From: Ginglymostoma cirratum
Taxonomy: Eukaryota
DNA length: 60,067 nucleotides
Direction of reading: 5' to 3'
Assembly: GCA_024137785.1 (NCBI GenBank)
Contig: JAHRHZ010000019.1
Coordinates: 788,658 to 848,724, forward strand
The position numbers and the translations under genes were made by a program. Below, one piece after another: positions 1 through 13,460 of the stretch (its first letter is position 1; each line of letters begins with the position of its first letter). The notes beneath the pieces are model-generated. The model ran no database searches, was not told the origin of the DNA, and saw nothing but the letters and a program-made list of their open reading frames with translations.

Positions 1-1174
1 GTGTCACGGACGTAGGTAGGGAGTTCCTGGACCAAGGGGGTGAAAATGGAGTCTAGGTAGGTGGAGATGAGTTCGGTGGGGCAGGAGCAGGCGGAGACAA
101 TGGGTCGACCAGGGCATTCAGGTTTGTGGATTTTGGGAAGGAGATAGAAGCGGGCGGTGCGGGGTTGGGGAACGATGAGGTTGGAGGCGGTGGGTGGGAG
201 GTCACCTGAGGTGCTGAAGTTGTGGATGGTTTGGGAGATGATGGTTTGGTGCTCGGGGGTGGGGTCATGATCTAGGGGGCGGTAGGAGGAGGTGTCAGAG
301 ACTTGGCGCCTGGCCTCAGCAATGTAGAGGTCAGTGCGCCATACTACGACTGCCCCTCCCTTGTCCGCGGGTTTTATTGGTTGGGATTAGAGCGGAGGGA
401 GTGGAGGGCTGCACATTCTGCGAGGGAGAGGTTGGAGTGTTTGAGGGGTAGAGAGGTTGAGGCGATTGACGTCTCAACAGCAGTTGGAGATGAAGAGGTC
501 GAGGGAGGGTAGGAGGCCTTGGGGTGGTGTCCAGGAGGAGGGCTTGTGTTGGAGGCGGGAGAAGGGGTCAGTAGAGGGAGGGTTAGATTCGTGGTTGGAG
601 AAGTAAGCGTGGAGGCGGAGGCGGCGGAAAAACTGTTCAATATCCAAGCGTGAGCGGTATTCGTTGATATGTGGGTGGAGGGGGACAAAGGTGAGCCCTT
701 TACTGAGGACTGACCTTTCGTCCTCAGTGAGGGGGAGGTCTGGGGGGATGGTGAAGACTTGGCAGGACTCAGTGTTGCTGTCTCCTCTGGAGCTGCTGGC
801 TCTGGAGGCAGTGGGCGGAGCGGCGGCGGCGGCGGCAGCAGCGATGACGGTAGTGTCTGTGGCGTTGGTTTCGGTGATGGAGGCGGTGGTTTCAGCAGCG
901 GCAGCGTTCGCTGTCCCGGAAGTGGGGTGCCCGGTGGTGGCGGATGTGACGTCACCAGTGGGTTCTCCGACAGTGGCCTGGTGGCCAATGGCGGCGGGTA
1001 CATTGTGGGGGAGGTCCTGGGTACGGCTGGGGATTTGGGGAGTGGGGGAAGCCCGTTTTGGGTGGGGGGCATCAGTAAGTTTACTGTACTTACGGTTTTT
1101 GGTGTCCAATAAAGCTGAGTAGAATTGTGAATTCAAGCTGTGGATCCTACGGAGAATAAAAAACAGAAGAGGTC
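1..1174 (-). mobile_element. Penelope-like retroelement (PLE), N-terminal and RT region, frameshifted, runs off window start
   Basis: Minus-strand translation has LSKGLTFVP, FFRRLRLHAYF, KPADKGGAVVV, FYLLPKIHKP, GRPIVS and PTYVRDT, typical of PLE RT; same family as 6829-9203 and 46477-47785. Confidence 0.9.
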
Positions 1175-1176
1175 TT

Positions 1177-1414
1177 GTTTGAGAGAAGCTGTTGCCCTTG
1201 AGACATATAAACAATGTCAGGATCAGGGTGCTGTGCCTCGCTGGCAGTGTCTGTAACTGTAAACCACAAGGTCCAGAATCAAGTCCCACCCTCTGGTACA
1301 ACACAAACCCACAGGCTGCTGAGAAATAATTTCAATGGGATTAGGGCTGGGTCTGCCCGAATAAACTTAGGCTGCATTCTGATTGGTGGTCTCCGGCTGA
1401 GACCACAATGAATG
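1177..1414 (+). repeat. Paralogous block matching 44648-44881 (upstream flank of the duplicated gene unit)
   Basis: gtttgagagaagctg...caatgtcaggatcaggg...caagtcccaccctctggtacaacac...gagaaataatttcaatgg...ccacaatgaatg is colinear at both sites. Confidence 0.9.
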
Positions 1415-1769
1415 AGGCAAGCTGCTCCCTCACACTCACTGAGACTGTCGTATCACACTGTGCTCCCACCATTTCCCAGCTGTTTAATGGACAGACAATG
1501 ATATGGAGCAAGCTGAAGATTTCACCATCTACAGACCAGAGTGAATGCCTGTAGGAAAAGTGATTTGGACCATTTGGCTGAGATGTGGGTTGCCTTTTCT
1601 GAACAACGGCTTCAAACTGAGCCCAGGAAACAGAAAAGTTGAAGGGCCATTCGCCGCGCAAAGTGTAATTTCACCGTTCCCACAATCACAGAAATGTTCT
1701 GATCAAGAAGGAAGCCTTTGGGCCCATCATTTCAGCACTGGCTTTCTGAACACTTAAACTTTAAGCACA

Positions 1770-3530
1770 GGAGATGAATGAGATCCTGAACAAGTATTTT
1801 GTGTCAGTATTGACTGTAGAGAAGGATATGGAATATGGAGGGCATGGGGCAATAAATAGTGATATCTTAAAGTGTTCATACTATGGAAAAGGAGGTGCTG
1901 GATGTCTTAAAATGCATAAAGTTGGATAAATCCCCAGAATCTCATTAGGTCTATCCCTGAAATTTGTGGAAAGCTAGGGGAGAGATCGCTGAGCCCTTTG
2001 CTGAGACATTTGTACCATTTGAGAGCCAAAGGTGCTGTGTCGGAAGACTTGAGGTTGGCTGATGTGGTGAGGAAAAGCTAGGGAACTGAGATTGGTGAGC
2101 CTGACATCAGTGTTTGGCAAGTTGTTGGAGGCAATTATGTGGGACAGGATTTATATGCATTTAGAAATGCAATGACTGGTTAAGGATTGTCAGCATGATG
2201 AATTGGCCATGCTAAATTGCCCGTTCAGGGATGTGCACCTTAGGGAGATGTGTCTGGGTGGGATGCTCCAAATGTCGATGGACTTGTTGGTCCGAAGGGC
2301 CTGTTTCCACACTATATGAATTCAATGAACTTCAATGAACTTTTGAAGAAGTGACAGGCAAGGTTGATCAAGGCAGAACGGTAGACAATGTCTACATGGA
2401 CTTCAGCAAGGGGTCAACAAGTTTCAGAATGGTAGACTTGTCAGCAAGTTTAAATCACATAGGATGCAGGGGGACCAAGCAAATTGCATATCAAATTGGC
2501 TCAAAAGTAGTTGACAGAGGGTGATAGTATTTTTTGGACTGGTGGTCTGTGACCAGCGATGTTCCGCAAGGATCAATGCTGGGTCCAATGCTTTTTGTCA
2601 TTTATACAAATGATTTGAATGTGAATGGAGGACATATTCTCAGTAAGTTTTCAGATGACAGCAGAACTGATGATGTTGTGGACAGTGAAGTAGGATATCC
2701 GAGTACAGTGGGATCTTGATCAGATGGGCCAATGGCTGAGGAGTGGCAGATGGAGTTTAATTTAGATAAATGTGAGGCTTTGCATTCTGTTGACGGAAAT
2801 CAGGGCAGGGCTTGTATAATTAATGGGAGGACTCTGTGGAATGTTGCTGAGCAAAGAGACTTTGGAGTGCAGATGTGCAATTCCTTGACGGTGAAGTTGC
2901 AGGTAGACAGGGTAACGAAGAAGGCATTTGGAAAGCTTGCCTTCATTGATCATTGTATTGAGAATAAGAGTTAGTCCACTTTTAGAATACTGCATTCAGT
3001 TTTAGTCTCCTTGCAAGAAGAAAGATGTTGTTAAACTTGAAAGTGTTCAGAAAAAAATTGAGAAGGGTGTTGCTGGGATTAGAGAGTTGAATCTGTAGGG
3101 AGAGGCTGAATAGGCTGGGGCTATTTTCCCTGGATTGTCAGAGGCTGAGGGGTGACCTTATACAGATTTATAAAATCCTGAGGGTCAAGGATAGGTTGAA
3201 TATCCACAGTCTTTTTCCCAGGGTAAGGGAGTCCAAAACTGGAGGGCATACATTTAACATGAGAGAGGAAAGATTTAAAAGTGACCTGTCAGGCAACTTT
3301 TTCACGCAAAGGATGATGTGTGTCCGGAATGAATGGCCATAAGAGGTGATAGGGGTTGGTACAATTACAGCATTTAAAAGGCATCTGGATGGCTACACGA
3401 GTAGGAAAGGTTTTGAGGGATATGGCCAAATGCTGGCAAATTGGGCTTGATCAGTTTAGGATATCTAGTCAGCCAAGACCAGTTGGATTGACTGGTCTGT
3501 TTCCTTGTTGTACAGTTCTATGATTTACTG
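1770..3530 (+). mobile_element. Degenerate 5'-truncated CR1 LINE (RT and 3' end), with a V-SINE 3' fragment at about 2198-2335
   Basis: ORF pieces SDVPQGSMLGP, KFSDD and WQMEFNLDKCE; paralog at 52490-54180 lacks the SINE fragment. Confidence 0.85.
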
Positions 3531-3639
3531 ACTCCCTCACTTAGTGCAAATCGCTTGCCTTTTCCCCTTCATCCTACACATTGTTTCTGTTCAAATAATC
3601 ATCCAATACCCTGCTAAGTGCCTCATTTGAACCATAACA

Positions 3640-4810
3640 CCGTTAGACCAGAAGACATAGGAGCAGAATCGTTCCATTCAGCCCATCGAGTCTGCTTGCC
3701 TTTCAATGACACCAAGGCTGCTCTGATAAACCCCGATTGACTTTCCTGTTTCTCCTCTATATCCCTTGATTTAGTTTTTGATTAAAAATATGCCTTTCTC
3801 AAACTTGTACATCCTGAACAACCCAGCCCCAACAGCCTAGTTTTGTACAGATTTCCCCTCACAGTGAATAAATTCCTTCTCATCTCTGCCTTAAGTGTGC
3901 ATCCCCTTATTCTGAGATTCTGTCCTCTGCTCCCAGACTCTCCCACAGTGGAAACAATTTCTTTGCATCTATTCTGTAAAGTCCTGTGAAACATAAAAGG
4001 TTTTTTACTAAGGTTTCCTCTCATTCTTCCATATCATCATGAGTACAAACCCAATCAACTTAATCTCTCCTCATAGGACATTCCCTCCAAACCAGGTATA
4101 AGTCCAGTGATCCTTCTGTAGACAGCCACAAATGCCAGAACATCTTCAGATAAGGGACCAAACTGTTCACAGTATGTTCTGACTTATGCTTTGTATAGTT
4201 TTAGCAAACCCTTTCTAATTTATTGTCTATTTCCTTTGGAAATAAAGGCCAACTCTCCATTTGCCTTCCCTATTACCCACAGAACTTGAATGTTAGCTTG
4301 TACTGATTTCTGGACATGGACTCTTGAATTCCACGGTTCAGAAGTTTTACTGCAGTTTTTCACATTTCAATAATATTCAGCTTCTCTATTCTTCCTGTCA
4401 AAGTGAATGACCTCACATTTCTTAACGTTATATTCTATCTGGCAAGTTTTTTGCCCTCTCACGTACTGAGTCAATGTCGCTCTGCAGACTTCGTCACTAC
4501 TTGTCTTCCCACCTATTCTTGTGTTATCTATAAACTTAGCGATAGTACATTTTCTTTCCTCATCCAAGTCATTAATATATATTGTAAATAATTATGGGCC
4601 CAGCACTGATCCCCGTCACAATAGCTGCAGCTTGCTATCCTGAAAATGTCCTCTTTATCCTCAATCTCTGTCTTCCATTCGTGAGCCAATCCTCTACCCA
4701 TACTCGTATCTACCTTCAAGACCATGTGGCTCTTATTAAATATCCCAATGTGTGGGACCTTACCAAATGCTGACTGAATATCCCTAGGTATTACTTCCAT
4801 GGCTTTCTCT
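3640..4810 (-). mobile_element. Degenerate CR1 LINE 3' fragment
   Basis: Minus-strand AFGKVPH, IAKFIDNTRIGG, YNVKKCEVIHF and LRIRGCTLKAEMRRN; paralog at 54290-55470. Confidence 0.8.
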
Positions 4811-5189
4811 TCTACTAAAGGCAAAATATTGCAGCTGATAGAAACCTGAAGCAAAAATAGAGAATGCTGGAGAAACTCAGCAGGTCTGATAATATCTGTA
4901 GAGAGAGAAACAGAATGAACATTTCATACCCAACCAGACTCTTCTTCACAAATGTACTGTAATTGAGCCGTTATTTCATTTATTTTGTTACGAATGCTCT
5001 GTGCGTTCAAGTGGCTTTAACTTAGCCTTTTTAAAACTATTTCCCATGGTGATCCTATTCACTCCTGTTGTTTCTGAGTGTTTATCCTCTGTTCCTGTCC
5101 CACTCTGGGTACTGTTATCCAAGTACCTGCCCTATAATGCTGCTGTATCCAACCTGCTTTGTTGGGCTCAAGACCCTTTCACCTGAACC

Positions 5190-5990
5190 CTTCCCCCTTC
5201 TAATTAGTTTACAGCCCTCTCGACAGCCCTGGTTGTTCAATTCACCAGGGCACTAATCCTAGCATGGTTCAAGTGATGCCTGTCCTAGGAGATCAGCCCT
5301 TTTTTACCTCAGTTCTGGTGCCAGTGACACATGAACGAAAACTTATTCCACCTAGACCAAACTCAAAACAATGTGTTTCACTGATTGACTGTATATACCC
5401 TATTCCCGTTTGCCTGTGGCTCAGGCAGTAATCCACAGATTCTTACCTTGGAGATTCTGCTTTATAATTTAGCTGCGAACTGTTCAAAGTCTTTCAGTGA
5501 AAACTCCTTTCATGTGTTTCCGGTGTCGTTGGCCACAATGTGGGTGATGATCACTGGATCCTTCCCCTCCCTCGCCAAGTTCTTCTCCAGCCCTGCGGAG
5601 ACATCCTTTACCCTGGCACTGGTCAGGCAGCACATCCTTTGGGAATTACGCTCATGTCTGTCGAGAGCAAGATCTATCCTCCTCATGACCCTGTCTCCTC
5701 CCACAACGACATTCCTATTTCCTCTCCCCACTTGAATCACTTCCTGTCTCAATGTGCCATGGACAGTTTGCTTATTCTCCCTGCAGTCCCCACTCTTGCC
5801 CAAACACCTTGCAAGAACCTTACAATTGCTGGATAACTGTAGGAGCTGAGGCTCCTCAAATGTAATTCCATGTACCTATATACGCTGTCACAGCATCCTG
5901 TCCCTGATCCACGACAAATCTCAAAATCCTTAATCCGCAGAAAGATTTCCAGGGAACTTTCCATTTCCCCAATATGACACATTGTCTGCA
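5190..5990 (-). mobile_element. Old CR1 ORF1 (esterase-type) fragment
   Basis: VVVGGDRVMRRID...RMCCLTSARVKDV...PVIITHIVANDTG resembles ORF1 at 18775-19722; paralog at 55960-56770. Confidence 0.75.
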
Positions 5991-6828
5991 GTTTAGACTT
6001 TTGCTCCTCAACTCAAACGTCCTCGATCTGTAAAAGACATCAACCAGTGTTTCCCATCAGCTGATCTGTAGGGCCAAAACAGTAGTGTAGTGGGTGTATG
6101 CTGGTAAGGTTTAACTCTGGTTAAATTTAAGGTGGAGTAAAAATTGTCTCCAGTGCTTCTGGGGGCTTGGCAGAATAAAATGCTCTTGTTGTGCCTTCAT
6201 TGGCCTGATCACTGCGCTCTGGAACTGAGTATCTCAACCTCTTCATCTCTCAACCTCCCTTTCCTTCTTTAAGAGGTTCCTTACAATCCAATTAATGACT
6301 AATTCATTCATTTCAGTTACAGTGCTTGAGGGACAATCAAAGAATCACTTGAACGAAAACAGAAAATATGGGGGTTCTGATGCAGAGTCCCTGGACTCGA
6401 AGCTTCCCATGAATGCTGCCAGACCTCCTGAGTTTCTCCAGCAATCTCAGTTTGTAATCCAATTCTAAAGTATCTGCAGTTATTAGTTTTAACAAAAAAA
6501 TCACTGGGGTGGGTTAAGGGCCAAACAATAAAATGTTCTCATTGAGAATAGGGACACAGATGAGAGACCAGATATTCCCATTGTTCCTTCACTGCAGAAG
6601 AGGAAGCTGACACTGTCACAGGAAAAGAGTGAGCGGGGTAAGATATTGACTGGGATCCAGGAGGAGGTGCTCGAGGTGGGAGGCAGTGATATAAAGATAA
6701 TGACCTCATCATTGACCCCCACAATGGAGAATGTGAAAGAAGGATCCCGAGGCAGTCACCACCAATTAGAAGAGCATCTGGTCTATCCAGTCCAGTCTGT
6801 GTCCCTCAGACAGAAACCAACCTCCTTT

Positions 6829-9203
6829 TGACACCACCCCAAGGTCTCCTACCCTCCCTCGACCTCTTCATCTCCAACTGCCATCGAGACATCAATCGCC
6901 TCAACCTCCCCACCCCACTCACCCATTCCAACCTCTTCCCCCACGGAACATGCTGCCCTCCACTCCAAACCCAACCTCACTACAAAACCCGCAGACAAGG
7001 GAGGCGCAGTTGTAGTATGGATTACTGACCTCTACATCGCCGAAGCCAAGCACCAGCTCTCCAACACCTCCTCCTATCACCTCCTTGATCATGACCCCAC
7101 CCCCGACCACCAAAACATCATCTCCCAGACTATCCACAACCTCATCATTTCAGGTGAACTCCCACCCACAGCCTCCAACCTCATCGTTCCCCAACCCCAC
7201 ACCGTTCGTTTCTATCTCCTTCCCAAAATCCACAAACCTGACTGCCCTGGTCGACCCATTGTCTCCGCCTGCTCCTGCCCCACCGAACTTATCTCCACTC
7301 CATTTTCTCACCCCTGGTCCAGCAATTCCCCACCTTCGTCCATGACACCACCCACACCCTTCACCTCCTCCAAAACTTCCGATTTCCTGGTCCCCAACAC
7401 CTCATCTTCACCATGGACATCTAGTCCCTGTATACTTGCATTCCCCATGCAGATGGCCTAAAGGCCCTCCTCTTCTTCCTGTCCTGCAGGCCCAACCAGT
7501 CCCCCTCCACTGACACCCTGATCCGCTTAGCCAAACTCGTCCTCACCCTCAACAACTTCTTCTTCAATTCCTCCCACTTCCTACAGACAAAGGGGGTGGC
7601 CATGGGTACCCGTATGGGCCCAAGCTGTGCCTGCCTCCTTGTAGGATAAATGGAACAACCCCTCTTCCGAAATTACACTGGCCCTATCCCCCACCTCTTT
7701 CCCTGTTATATCGATGACTATATCAGCGCCGCCTCGTGCTCCCATGAGGAGCTTGAACAGTTCATCCACCTCACTAACACCTTCCACCCCAACCTTAAGT
7801 TCAACTGGACCATCTCTGATACCTCTCTCTCCTTCCTGGATCTCTCTGTTTCCATCTCTGGCAACCACCTAGAAACTGATATCCATTTCAAGCCTACCAA
7901 CTCCCACAGATACCTAGAATACACGTCCTCTCATCCACCTTCCTGCAAAATGCCATCCCCTAGTCCCAATTCCCTCGCCTCTGCCACAGCTGCTCCCGAG
8001 ATAAGGCATTCCACTCCCGGACATCTCAGATGTCCTTGTTTTTCAAGGACCGCAACTTCCCCTCCACAGTGGTCGAAAACGCCCTTGGCCACGTCTCCCG
8101 CATCTCCCGCAACTCAGCCCTCACACCCCCTTCCTGCAATAACAACCAAAACAGAATCCCCCTCATCTTCAAATACCACCCCACCAACTTCCGGATCCAA
8201 CGCATCATCCTCCACCACTTCCGCCACCTGCAATCTGATCCCACTACCAAGGACACTTTTCTCTCCCCACCCTATGTGCCTTCCGGAAGGACCACCGTGA
8301 CTCCCTTGTCCGCTCCTCACTCCCCTCCATCCCCACCACCCCTGGCACTTTTCCCTGCAACCGCAGGAGGTGCTACACCTGCCCCTACACCTCCCCCCTC
8401 ACTCCCATCTCATGCCCCAAGAAAGCCTTCCACATCAAACAGGTGTTCACCTGCACATCTGGTAATGTGGTATACTGCATCCGCTGTTCCCGATGCGGCC
8501 TCCTCTACATCAGGGAAACCAAGTGGAGGCTTGGAGACCGCCTTGTGGAACACCTACGCTTGGTTCGTGACAAGCAACTGCACCTCCCAGTCATGAACCA
8601 CTTCAATCCCCCTCCCACTCCTTGGACGATATGTCCATCCTGGGCCTCCTCCAGTGCCACAACGATGCCACCCGAAGGTCGGAGGAACAGCACCTCATAT
8701 TTCGCTTGGGAACCCTGCAGCCCAATGGTATCAATGTGGACTTCACAAGCTTCAAAATCTCACGGCCTCCAACCGCATCCCAAAACCAGCCCAGCTCGTC
8801 CCCGCCTCCCTAACCTGTCCATCCTTTCTCCCACCTATCCACTCCTCCCACCTCAACCCACACTCCCACCTCCTACCTACGAGCCTCATCCCTGCCTCCT
8901 TGACCTGTCCATCTTCCCTTGACTGACCAACCCCCACCCAAACTCCTCACCTACACTCACCTTTACTGGCTCTATCCCCGTCCCCTTGACCTGTCCGTCT
9001 CCTCCCCACCTATCTGCTCCATTATCCAGCTCCCATCCGCCTCCCCCTCTCTCTCTCTTTGTTTCAGAATCCTCTTCCCCTCCTCCATTTCTGAAGAAGG
9101 GTCAGCTTTCCTGCTCCTCTGATGCTGCTTGGTCTGCTGTGTTCATCCAGCTCTACACCTTGTTATCTCAGAGTCTCCAGCATCTGCAGTTCCTACTATC
9201 TCC
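6829..9203 (+). mobile_element. 5'-truncated Penelope-like element (RT + GIY-YIG), frameshifted
   Basis: GVAMGTRMGPSCA, YIDD, LSFLDLSV, NVVYCIRCSRCGLLYIRETKWRL and LGTLQPNGIN; absent at the paralogous site near 56995. Confidence 0.92.
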
Positions 9204-10599
9204 TCTTCTCTTGCTGCTTCTTCCTACCAGATTCCCTCATTGACATTCACTGTTTCGCTTTTGTGTTCGTTTTTTCTTGCCCCCTGCTTCCCAGCTCCAG
9301 ATTTCTGAATCTATTTGTGGGAATTGCTGCCTCATCCATTTCCTGTCAGTTTGGGTCTGTCTGCTCCATCACATTTTCGCTCAGCTTCTAATCTCACAAT
9401 TTCATCTTCCATGACAGGAAACAGTTTCTTTGCTGCCTGTGACTCTGTTCCTGTTGTCACTCTCACTGTTTGAATTCCTGAGGCTGTTGTTTATTCTGCC
9501 TTGTGTTTGTTCAGGGGCAGTCGAGAGTTACATTTCCCATTCCATTAAACCACGTTCCCACTAGCTCCAGCTGTCTGTACAAGAATTAAGTGTTGTTTAT
9601 TTCCCCTTCTGTACTGGCTGAGATTGTCTGGTAAATGAGAGCTGTTTCTCATTGCTGGGTGGATATTGTCCTGTGAGACAGTTAGTACCTGAAAAGGTTA
9701 ACTCACATCACAAGATGAGCACCACTAAAGGACTGTTCCTCGAGGAGCTAACCATTTCGAAATTGTCGGTTCAGTGCGAAGGTCTTTGTTGAGAAAGAGT
9801 AATTTACCCTTTTCAGTAAGGCCTGAGGTCCCACAAGAGACTCTCTCGTCACTCAGATGGAACGTAACTCACTATTCAGCACGATGTCATAAACCAACTC
9901 TGTTTATTGAGACCAAGCCACTTTTCTGCCAAAGAGTTCATGTGGGCATCCTTCCCCACTTGGTTACTGAAACTGAAATGGATATCAGAAAGAATCTACA
10001 CACAGCATCTCTGATGGTGCGAGTGGGCATCACACAACAAACAGCATGGAGCGGGGGGAGGGGAACAGCAGTGGACGGGGATGGGATTTATCTGAAAGGT
10101 TCGAAAATACCCTTCCAGTTCAACAAATGACTGCAGTTATTCCAGGAAAAGAAAGAAAACGGAAGTAGAGAAATTGCATAAAGGAAACTGTGAGTGAGTG
10201 TATCAAAATTCAGCAGCTGATCAACACACAGCTGGTTTGTGTCTGCGATAGCCAGCAGGCAGTCGCTAAAATGCTATAGAAGCAACTAAAATAAACCTGG
10301 TTCCAGAAACACACAGTTGTTTAAACTCATGAAAAAATTTGAAACAGCTTGTGGAAAGCACAGAGAATCTCACTGACACACCAGGGGGAATGCAGTTACC
10401 ACTGGACGTACAAAGTAAGATAAATCCCATCATGAAGGGTGAAAATTCTTATGTGAAAGAAATAAACCCAGCCTGAGAAGCTAAACAAAACCTTAAATCA
10501 CTGTATTTACTCAACAGCATCATGACATTCATTTAAAATTTTCTGAAAAAGGCCACAGGAGATAGTGGTCCTAAAATCAACTGGTGAGATCTAAGCTCT

Positions 10600-11520
10600 G
10601 CAGTTCTGTCACTTCCAGCCATGAATGATGGTGGACAATGAAACAACTAATAGAAGGGACAAAGTACAGAAACATTCCCAGCCTCAATGATCAGGGAACA
10701 CAACACATCATTGTATCAGACCTGTGCTCCCAAATGAGCTGTGCTCCAGCTGTTCCAACACTAGCAGCTGCCTGACAATGTGGGAAATTGCTCAGGTATG
10801 TCCTGTCCATGAAAAGCAGGACAAATATAAACCAATGGTTTACTGTCCCATCATTTTACTTTCGAACGTCAGTATACTGATGCAAGGGGTTATCAACAAT
10901 GCTGTCAAGCAGCACATGTTTTTCAATAACCTGCTCACTGACTCTGAGCTGGGGCTCCAGAAGGGTCACTTGGACCCTGACCTCTTTGCTGCCTCACTTC
11001 TAACAGGGGAAATAAAGCTGATCTCCAAAACTGAAGTGAGAGAAACTCACCTCCTGACTGTCTGACACATGTCCATCATCTACAAGGCACAAGTCAGGAG
11101 TGTGATGGAATACACTCCACTTGCCTGGATGGGTGCAGTTCCAACAACACTGAAGAAGCTTGACACCATCCAGCAGAAAATAGTCGTTTCATTTGACATG
11201 CTATCACCACTTTTACATTCACTCCCTTCCCCACTGTTGTATAGAAGCAACAGTGTGTAATGTGTAAGATGCACCACAGGAACTTGTCAGGGCACCTTCA
11301 ACAGCGCCATCCAAAACTACAGATACTTCTATCTAGCAGGACAAGGGTAGCAGATAAAAGGGAAGCCCACCTACTTGTAAGGTCCCCTCTAATCCACTCA
11401 CCATCCTGACTGAGAAAATAAACACTATTCCTTGGCAGTTCTTAGTCAAAATCCTGAAAAAAATCCTCCTTAATGGCATTGTGGGTCTTCCTACAACACA
11501 GGGACTGCAGCAGTGCAAGA
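10600..11520 (+). mobile_element. Old CR1/L2-group LINE RT and 3' fragments
   Basis: AQVCPVHEKQDK...YCPIILLS and IYKAQVRSVMEYTPLAW...TTLKKLDTIQ; related pieces at about 17715-18030(-), 23110-23570(-), 36455-37050(-), 37655-38150(-) and 38705-39120(+). Confidence 0.7.
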
Positions 11521-13460
11521 TCATAGGAGAAAATAGGAGCAGGAGGAGGCCATTCGGCCATTGTAGGCCCTCACATCTGCTCCACATTTCATTATCATCA
11601 CGGCTGATCATCCAACTCAATAACCTGTTCCTTCTTTACCCCCATATCCTTTGATCCCTTCAGTCCCAACTGCTATATCCAGCACCTTCAAGAAATCATG
11701 CAAAGTTTTAACCTCAACTGTTTTAGTGAATACCACAAGTTCCCCACTCTCTGGGTGAAGACAGTTTTCCTCATCTCAGTCCCAAATGGTTTACGCAGCA
11801 TCCTCAGACTGTGATCCCTGGTCTGTGCTCACCTGCTATCAGCAACATCCTTCCTGCATCTAACATGTCTCATCATGTTCAAATGTTATAGGTTTCTTTG
11901 AGACTCCCCACCTCAAATTCTTCTGAAGTCCTGTGAATTCAATCGGAAACGATTCAACTTCTCTTCATGCTTAGTATCAACAACCAAGGGATCAGTCTGG
12001 TAATCCTTTGCTGCATTCCCCCTGGAGCAAGAATAACCTTCCTCAGTTAAGGAGACGAAAATTACTCACAATATTCTAGGTGTGGTTTCTCCAAGACTCT
12101 GTATAATTGCAGCAACACATCCCTGCTCCTGTATGCGAATCTTCTTGCTGTGAAGGCCAATGCACTATTTACCTTCTTCACTGCCTGCTGAATCTGCAAC
12201 ACTTCTTTTCAGTGACTGGTGTACAAAGACACCCAGGTCTCATTGTACATCCACCACTCCCCAACCATCATCCTTCATATAATAATCTACCTATTTGCTT
12301 TTGTATCAAAATGGATAACTTCACATTTAACCACATTATCCTGCATCTGCCATGCATTTGACCATTCACTCAACTTGTCCAATTCACACCGAAGTATCTC
12401 TGCATACTTCTCACAACTCAGCTTTATGTCACCCGCAAACTTGGAGATATTATGTTTGGTTCCCTCATCTAAATCATTCATATATATTGTGAATAGCTGG
12501 GGTCCGAGCACTGAGGTATCCCATTAATCACTGTCTACCGTTCAGAAACCAACCCATTTATTCCTGCTCTTTGTTTCCTGTTTTCTAACCAGTTCGCCCT
12601 CCATCTCAATATACAACGCCCCAAGTTCATGTCCTTTAATTTTACACATTAATCTCTCTTGTGTGATTTCTCAAAAGCCTTCTGAATATCCAAATAAAGC
12701 ACATCCACTGGCTCCCCCTTATCAACCCTACAAGTCACGTCCATGAAGAATTCCAGTCGATTTGTCAATCTTTTGTAAATCCACGCTGACTCATTTTTCA
12801 AAGTGCTCTGCTATTAAATCTTTTATAAAGGAATCTAATATTTTCCCCAGTCACGCCATCACTGCCTCTCTTTTCAAAAAGTGGGGCTACATTAGCTACC
12901 CGCCAATTGTTCAGAATCTGGATAATCTTGGAAGATGACCAACAATGCATCCATTTCCAGGGCCACCTCCTTAAATTCTCTGGGACGGAGATTATCATAC
13001 TTGACAGATTTATCATCTTTCAATCCCATAAATTTCTCCAACACCATTTCGTGACTAATCCTGATTTCCTTCATTTCTTCCCTCTCAAGGGACCCTTTGT
13101 TCTGGAATGTTATGTGCGTCCCCCTTTGTGAGGGCAGAACTAAAGTGTGTATTTAGTTCCTTGGCCAGTTCTTTGCTCCCCATTACAAATTCTAGTTTCT
13201 GACTGTGAGGGACTAAATTTATCTTCACCAATCCTCTTCTCTACAGATCTCAACAGAACCATTTTCAGTTTTTTATGTTTCCCTTGAAAGCTTACACTTG
13301 AACATTACTTTCTCTTCCTGAATCGATCATTAACCAAACACTCCTCGGGCTGTTGCTTGTCAGGCCAATTTGTTTGCCTCTTCCTTGGATCTAATACTAT
13401 CTCTAATTTCCCGTGTAAGCCATGGTTTGTCGCGTTTCCCGTTTTACACTTGCACAGGCA
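11520..13460 (-). mobile_element. Degenerate CR1 LINE ORF2 fragment
   Basis: LGPQLFTIYMNDLDEG...ISKFAGD...WQMQDNVVKCEVIHF and WRVANVAPLFEK; paralog at 57820-59840. Confidence 0.85.

Noticed and set aside
374-1122. Pro-rich, Gly-rich and poly-Ala ORFs
   Set aside because: Alternative frames of the GC-skewed Penelope element, including a GCG microsatellite.
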